Shown here: positions 57,286 through 64,000 of the stretch, one piece after another
How positions within the stretch are numbered: position 1 is the first letter of the stretch
Layout: every line of letters starts with the position of its first letter
DNA from: Octopus sinensis
Lineage: Eukaryota
Assembly: GCF_006345805.1 (NCBI RefSeq)
Contig: NC_043005.1
Location: 3,100,001-3,164,000, forward strand
DNA: 64,000 nucleotides
Direction: 5' to 3'
The notes under the pieces: model-generated
Seen by the model: only the letters and a program-made list of their open reading frames with translations
The model's database searches: none
What the model was told of the DNA's origin: nothing
Program-made: the position numbers and the translations under genes

Positions 57286-57492
57286 CATGTTAGTTAGTTA
57301 GTTAATTTGGCTCAAAAGCAAATAGCAAGGCCATGTAGGGGGACATGGAGTTAAGTACAGGGTGGTGTTCATGTAAAGAGTTCAGGCCACTTGAGGTCCA
57401 GGGAGGCTTTGAACAAAGCGGTCGTCGGCATCTTCACCATCTCGTCTGGCAGCTTGTTCCACGGATCCGCAACTCGGACGGAGAAAGCTCCT
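57286..57492 (-). mobile_element. CR1-group LINE 3' fragment with (TAAC)n tail
   Basis: Minus strand AFSVRVADPWNKLPDEMVKMPTTALFKASLD; tail GTTAGTTAGTTAG on the plus strand. Confidence 0.85.
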
Positions 57493-57567
57493 GGACACAT
57501 GAGTTGATATGTATAAGGAAAATAAGACAAGGTAGAAAATGTTAAAATAATTTTATCATGAAGAACA

Positions 57568-57608
57568 TTTTAGTACCGGTTTCAGCCTTTGCGACTTTTT
57601 CAACTTAG
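57568..57608 (-). ncRNA. Hammerhead-like motif with U3:A8 core
   Basis: UAAG-UUGAAAA-AGUC(GCAAA)GGCU-GAA-ACCGGU-A-CUAA: 4-bp stem II, palindromic stem III, GUA triplet, weak stem I. Confidence 0.5.
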
Positions 57609-58673
57609 AGTAAAGCATGAAAAACAATTAAATTGTGGAAAAATTAAATGAAGTGTTTTTTTAAAAATATTTCCATCGTTTTCAAATGCAAGGGACATTT
57701 TCCTTTTTTCTGTCTGTCTCTGTCCCTCTTTTTTCCTGTTGTGGGTTCTGGGTATTTAACAGCAGCTAGTTTGATATATGCTTTCAGCGTGCCCTACAAC
57801 TCAATATCCACGAACTCAAACATCCCAAATTAAAGAAGGGTTTACAACCAAAAGCCCTACCATACATCTCCACACACAACCCTCTTAAGAATGAAGCCTT
57901 CGACACCATCCTCCAAAACAATCACCGACTAAAAAGGGACCACAAAATGAATTTAATCCTCCAAACGCACATCATCATAAAGAGCAAAAGACAGCCCAAA
58001 TCTATGAGAAGTCTCCTAACACAAGCCCGAATACGCTCAACAACAACACTGAAGTTGTAAGTAAAAAATTTAATGCGGAAGACCTAACTGTGGTATATGC
58101 GTCAACCTAATTGAGGGATCAGAGTTCTCTATCAAACAGGATCAACGTTTCACAGTGAAAAGCAACTTCACATGTACTTCGGAGGACCTGATATATGTAT
58201 TAATCTGCTCTAGGTGTCGGAAGCAATACATAGGCAAAACCAAAAGCAGTCTACATCTAAGGATGGCTCTGCACAGATCCCAGAACCAAATTCCGAAAAA
58301 CAGAAAAATAGCATTCAGCGAACACACATCGACATTTGAGCCAATAGCAAACAACCCAGCTTCAGAATTTTCCCCCTCTATCTATTCAGGAGTGATACAA
58401 CCTGCAGTCAGAGCATTAGTAAAGGGTCATCATTATCAAAAAATATAAACCCTTTCTGAATGCATCCACCACAAATCACACTATCACCAGGGCCTTAGAA
58501 TACACCCACGCAAATATCGAAAATGATATATTCAAAACAGTCACTTCACGTGAATTTATTCAGAACAATTCCAATCACTATTCTTCCAACCACAATGGGT
58601 CATTTTCAGGTAACTTGACCATTTAAGAGGATTCCACCAACATCGTGCTACTGTCATGCCACTCCCACATTTT

Positions 58674-58814
58674 TCTTCTTCTTCTTCTTCTTCTTCTTCT
58701 TCTTCTTCTTCTTCTTCTTCTTCTTCTTCTTCTTCTTCTTCTTCTTCTTCTTCTTCTTCTTCTTCTTCTTCTTCTTCTTCTTCTTCTTCTTCTTCTTCTT
58801 CTTCTTCTTCTTCT
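58674..58814. repeat. (CTT)n microsatellite
   Basis: Direct reading. Confidence 0.97.
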
Positions 58815-59185
58815 ACTACTGCTGCTTAAACCATCAAAGACAAGAATTCATATGGAACTAGCTGCTGCTAACTACCTAGAACCCACAACAGGAAAAAAGA
58901 GGGACAGAGACAGACAGAAAAAAGGAAAATGTCCCTTGCATTTGAGAACTATGGAAATATTAAAAAAAAACATTTCATTTAATTTTTACACAATTTAATT
59001 GTTTTTCATGCTTTACTCTAAGTTGAAAAGTCCCAAAGTCTGAAACCGGTACTAAAATGTTCTTCATGATAAAATTATTTTAACATTTTCTACCTTGTCT
59101 TATTTTCCTTATATATCTATACTTATCTATCAATCAATCAATCTATCTATATTATCTATCTATCTATCTATTATCTATCTATCTA

Positions 59186-59275
<90 letters not shown>

Positions 59276-59308
59276 CTATCTATCTATCTATCTAACTATC
59301 TATATATC

Positions 59309-59368
<60 letters not shown>

Positions 59369-59669
59369 TTCAACAATTGAGGGCAAAATTAATTAATTAT
59401 TAATCAATTTCACCAAGTGTTCAGTATGCAAAGGGACCATTCAAGGCGAATTCAAATTATTACATTATATAAAAGGGCTTAGTAAAATAAATTACTTTGC
59501 CGCATACTGAACTCATTAGAAATAGCAGCTAAAAAAATAGCAGCTAAAAAACTTTTTTAAAGCTATTTCTAATACTTAAAGAAAATCTCTCTCATATATA
59601 GTGTTTGCTTAATTCAACTCACAAAAGTTTGGGGGTAAGGACATCGAAAAATCAAATGCTAAGGTTATT

Positions 59670-59721
59670 TGAGAACGTACGTTTCAAGATTAGTCAAAAC
59701 AACACTTCTATCATCAGCTCA
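59670..59721 (-). ncRNA. Type I hammerhead ribozyme motif, copy 1
   Basis: UGAG-CUGAUGA-UAGAAGUGUUGUUUUGACUAAUCUU-GAA-ACGUACGU-U-CUCA: canonical core, 4-bp stem I, palindromic stem III, GUU triplet. Confidence 0.78.
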
Positions 59722-60230
59722 GAAATTCCTTGGTTTGGATTTGGAAACACTGAAAATAAGAACATACCCTTTCGAAGATCTGCTCGTAACTAACAGTGCC
59801 AACAAATTCAAATAAGCAAGCGAAGAATCTCTGTTCTCCCCTTTCCACCAGCGTGGGTAAATTAAAATCATCAACACTATGCTTATTTCGGTAAAATCCG
59901 AAGCATTAATCAGAGGGAGATTAATTATAATTTCAACAATTGAGGGCAAAATTAATTAATTATTAATCAATTTCACCAAGTGTTCAGTATGCAAAGGGAC
60001 CATTCAAGGCGAATTAAATTATTACATATATAAAAGGGCTTAGTAAAATAAATTACTTTGCCGCATACTGAACTCATTAGAAATAGCAGCTAAAAAAATA
60101 GCAGCTAAAAAACTTTTTTAAAGCTATTTCTAATACTAAAAGAAAATCTCTCTCATATATAGTGTTTGCTTAATTCAACTCACAAAAGTTTGGGGGTAAG
60201 GACATCGAAAAATCAAATGCTAAGGTTATT

Positions 60231-60282
60231 TGAGAACGTACGTTTCAAGATTAGTCAAAACAACACTTCTATCATCAGCTCA
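60231..60282 (-). ncRNA. Type I hammerhead ribozyme motif, copy 2
   Basis: Identical to copy 1, 561 nt away. Confidence 0.78.
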
Positions 60283-60668
60283 GAAATTCCTATTTTTTTA
60301 GCTGCTATTTCTAATGAGTTCAGTATGCGGCAAAGTAATTTATTTTACTAAGCCCTTTTATATAATGTAATAATTTGAATTCGCCTTGAATGGTCCCTTG
60401 CATACTGAACACTTTGGATGAACTGATTAATAATTAATTAATTTTGCCCTCAATTGTTGAAATTATAATAATCTCCCTCTGATTAATGCTTCGGATTTTA
60501 CCGAAATAAGCATAGGTGTTGTTGATTTTAACCCACGCTGGTGGAAAGGGAGGAGAACAGATATTCTTCGCTTGCTTATTGAATTTGTTGGCACTGTTAG
60601 TTACGAGCAGATCTTCGAAAGGGTATGTTCTTATTTTCAGTGTTTCCAAATCCAAACCAAGGAATTTC

Positions 60669-60719
60669 TGAGCTGATGATGAAGTGTTGTTTTGACTAAT
60701 CTTGAAACGTACGTTCTCA
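60669..60719 (+). ncRNA. Type I hammerhead ribozyme motif, copy 3 (inverted arm)
   Basis: Same motif with one A missing at the base of stem II. Confidence 0.7.
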
Positions 60720-60920
60720 AATAACCTTAGTATTTGATTTTTCGATGTCCTTACCCCAAACTTTTGTGAGTTGAATTAAGCAAACACTATATATGAGAGA
60801 GATTTTCTTTAAGTATTAGAAATAGCTTTAAAAAAGTTTTTTTTAGCTGATTTTTTAGCTGCTATTTCTAATGAGTTCAGTATGCGGCAAAGTAATTTAT
60901 TTTACTAAGCCTTTTATATA

Positions 60921-60979
<59 letters not shown>

Positions 60980-61329
60980 AAGTAATTAATAAATAAAACA
61001 TATGCATATTATACATACATATATGTGCGTACCTACCTCTACATGTATATATACATGCATATATGGATACAGGACACCAAAAAACGTCGAACACAATGAG
61101 AAACGAAAACAAACACAAAACCAAGGGAATGGACATTTTTCTTAAACAATGAAAAAATAGAGTACAGGACATACAAAACAAGGAAAATTCCCCTTCTTCA
61201 GTCACCTTTGTTTCATCTACTTCACGTTTCGAAGGTCAAGGCGATACATGACTTTAATGAAACAATCCTTCCCGCGAAAATCAAATTAAATAAAATTTGA
61301 GATTTTTTTGCAGAGGGGTAAAAATGGTA

Positions 61330-61880
61330 ACAACAGGACAGTAACCACAGTACATTCCCCTTCTACCAATGTAAAGACGGAATCACAGCACAAGAAAGAA
61401 TTAACAAGGAGAATCTTTTTATTGAAAAATTCAAAACGCATCTTAATATGTAAACTCCACGATGATCATACTTCTTTTTTCTAACATCCTATCTGACAAA
61501 AAATTGATAATCCCAATTGAAGAGCATAAAATCCACAGAGTTGTCTTCCCTTACTCACAGGAACTGGATAACTCCTACCCCATTTCCTGTTTTGACATTC
61601 ATTTAACAAATATCCTAAATTAAACACCACATGGATTTAATCACATGTATCTTAATCCTCCAAGGTAATTTTTTCAAGAACTATCATTAAACTCCAGATA
61701 CACAAACACTTTACAATGTATCGGTGTACCTATATTTTAATTTTTGTATATGTTTATTACTTTTTTGCAAATAACAATGTAATTTTCTTTTTTCCTCCTC
61801 CTCAATTTAAAAAAAAAATTCTTTTCACCTTACAATTCTTGAAAATTTGCATTGCCATGAAAACCGGTTAGAGTTAATAT
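61330..61880 (+). mobile_element. Penelope-like element 3' remnant with hammerhead-like motif
   Basis: PFYQCKDGITAQERINKENLFIEKFKTHLNM* resembles the GIY-YIG C-terminal R..KE..FI..F...LN; HHR-like motif at 61834-61875. Confidence 0.6.
61834..61875 (+). ncRNA. Hammerhead-like motif with U3:A8 core (second family)
   Basis: AAUUC-UUGAAAA-UUUGCAUUGCCAU-GAA-AACCGGUU-A-GAGUU: 5-bp stem I, palindromic stem III, UUA triplet; stem II decayed. Confidence 0.5.
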
Positions 61881-61994
61881 TTAAAAACATTTTTTAAAAT
61901 TCTCCATATAACCATTTTAAAAATTTACCTTCAATTTAGCATTCTGCCTTTTTATAATTTTTCCTCGCCTATACACACACACACACACACACAG

Positions 61995-62026
<32 letters not shown>

Positions 62027-62344
62027 GTATATATGTATATTCATACCGAGATGTTTTCATTTATTTTTAACACATTCCTGCACAGTGGAATATGAAAGGC
62101 ACTACACATAACACATATACACGCACACACGCATATATATATATACATATATATGTATATATAAATACACAATATATAAATACATGATATATATATATAT
62201 AATCTTATGAAAACACCACCAATTAAAATGTTGTTGAAAGTAATAAAGAGTCTCGTGATTTTGGAAATTCATTTAAAAAATTATGCGAAATGTCAGAAGA
62301 GTTTTATTTTTGTTGAAATTATCATAATTACTGCTAAAATTATG

Positions 62345-62556
62345 ACCCTTTCCACTATAGGTACACGGCCTGAATTTTGGAAGGGGAAGTTGTTTGTCGA
62401 TTACATTGACCCTACTGCACAACTGGTATTTAGTTTATGGAGCCTCGAAAGGATGAAATATAAAGTCGACCTCAGTGGCTTTTGAACTCAGAACGCCAAG
62501 CCGGAAGAAATGTCGGTAAGCATTTTGTCCAACGCACTATTCTGCCAGCTCACCGC
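62345..62556 (-). mobile_element. SINE family A, degraded
   Basis: Reverse complement of the family A head and core. Confidence 0.82.
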
Positions 62557-63146
62557 TCTATTTAAAATTATAATAATGAGATAAGAAGTCTGAAAATGGG
62601 ACAATTGGTAAACTCCGCAAATTTTACGAAAATCCAATAAAAATAAGATCTAACAACCCACTTCGGTTCAACCATGTCCAATTTAGTTTATTCAGGTTGC
62701 TGAATCGGTGTATATAAAACAGGTAAAACAAAAATTCTAACCAGAACCTTTTTCATTGTCCGTTTTGTTCAAGTTCTTCAGGGTTTTAAAGTGCGTTTAT
62801 TCCAGAGTCAAGAATGGCTCCATGTTACCCCCAAAATCTGTATCACATTGCTCCCGTTGTTAGGTAAACCATTACAAATGCTTCACTTTATCTTTTTTCT
62901 GTTTCTACGGCTGTCCAAAATATTGATCTTATTTTGATGTCCAAACCTTTTGAATCAGCACTTCCACTCAACCGGAAGGGTTAAAATTATAAAAACACAA
63001 ATTTTAGATCGACTTCTTGGGACTCGGAACCCTGGCCTCGTTGACAGCTACAATCTGTATCAATAACAATTATAATCATTTAGAGCTACCATATCTGGCA
63101 CAAACGATTAGAATCCTTTAGGGCTACCATATCTACCATATTTAGA

Positions 63147-63565
63147 GGGCGGCGAGCTGGCAGAAACGTTAGCACGCCGGGCGAAATGCTTAGCCGTATT
63201 TCGTCTGCCGCTACGTTCTGAGTTCAAATTCCGCCGAGGTCGACTTTGCCTTTCATCCTTTCGGAGTCGTTAAATTAAGTACCAGTTACGCACTGGTGTC
63301 GATATAATCGACTTAACCCGTTTGTCTGTCCTTGTTTGTCCTCTCTGTGTTTAGCCCCTTGTAGGTAGTAAAGATATAGGTATTTCGTCTGCCCGCTACG
63401 TTCTGAGTTCAAATTCCGCCGAGGTCCTTTGCCTTTCATCCTTTCGAGATCGATTAAACAAATACCAGTTATGTACTGGGGTCGATGCAATCGACTAAAT
63501 CCTTTTGTCTGTCCCTGTTTGTTCCCTCTATGTTTAAACCCCTGTCGGCAATAAAGAAATAAATA
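63147..63565 (+). mobile_element. Two SINE family A copies in tandem (full 63147-63378; 5'-truncated 63379-63565)
   Basis: A and B boxes plus long tail, then a second body starting at GGTATTTCGTCTG with its own long tail. Confidence 0.9.
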
Positions 63566-63748
63566 TTTGAATGAAAAAACTTTCACAGATTTTATTCTTC
63601 ATAATACACTGATGAAATATTAAAGTAACACCAGAAACAACTAAACAACCCACTGCAGCAAAGTAAAACGTCTGACATAGAAACATGTAGCATGCAGTCA
63701 TGTGACTTGTAAACGTAGCATACAGGGATGTAACTTACAGGCATGAAG

Positions 63749-63904
63749 CAGGGGCGGACTGAGCCGTTGGTCAATCAGGCACTGCCCGAGGGCCCAGAGC
63801 CCTGAGGGGCCTGCACTCTACATGTTAACTATACTGATATCAATGCTAAGGGGCCCGGTAAACAGTTGTGCGCAAGGGCCCTTAATACTCTCAGTTCACC
63901 CCTG
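63749..63904. mobile_element. hAT-like MITE, 156 bp
   Basis: TIR CAGGGG(C/T)G(G/A)ACTGAG (13/15 identical); no clean 8-bp TSD. Confidence 0.6.
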
Positions 63905-64000
63905 GAAGGAAATAAGCTTATATCCCATATAGACGCGTAGCATATAAATAGTATTCCACACCTCCAAAACACATTACCGTACATAAAGACACACTCATTA

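Larger units (their letters stand above)
57505..59112 (+). mobile_element. Penelope-like element fragment flanked by ~270-bp inverted terminal repeats
   Basis: GIY-YIG ORF 58155-58448 (FTCTSEDLIYVLICSRCRKQYIGKT...L.LRMALHRS); 57505-57780 is the reverse complement of 58850-59112. Confidence 0.9.
59371..60920. repeat. ~561-563-bp non-coding unit: 1.6 direct copies (59371-60290) plus 1.1 inverted copies (60291-60920)
   Basis: CAACAATTGAGGGC at 59371 and 59934; from 60291 the sequence is the reverse complement of the unit and runs through a unit junction. Confidence 0.95.

Noticed and set aside
58645-58998. Signal-peptide or transmembrane protein
   Set aside because: The poly-Leu run is the (CTT)n microsatellite inside a Penelope fragment.
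61170-61245. Type II hammerhead on the minus strand (GAAA...GUA...CUGAAGA)
   Set aside because: Boxes and a GUA triplet are present, but stem I cannot pair.

Overview
Very repeat-rich, AT-rich eukaryotic DNA with no host protein-coding exon that I can support. I recognise the SINE families as octopus-type; this species assignment is an inference from recall, not a database result. The window is a mosaic of microsatellites, at least four tRNA-derived SINE families, non-LTR retrotransposon pieces (CR1-group, RTE, L1/Tx1, R4/Dong-type RLE elements), several Penelope-like element (PLE) remnants, Tc1/mariner elements (one nearly intact), a hAT relic and MITEs. Most long ORFs in the track are artefacts of microsatellites. 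The most interesting signal is RNA structure: at least eight hammerhead-ribozyme (HHR)-like motifs. These include (i) a non-coding ~561-bp unit in tandem plus inverted array with one HHR per unit (retrozyme/circRNA-like, 59371-60920), (ii) HHRs with a compensated U3:A8 core in PLE terminal repeats, and (iii) a tRNA-headed SINE-like element carrying an HHR. Also notable: a SINE sharing 35 of 41 3'-terminal nt with a Tx1 LINE, microsatellite-embedded Tx1 and R4/Dong insertions, and an RFX X-box with an NRF1-like site in a unique island. Coordinates were read by eye and degraded-element boundaries are approximate.
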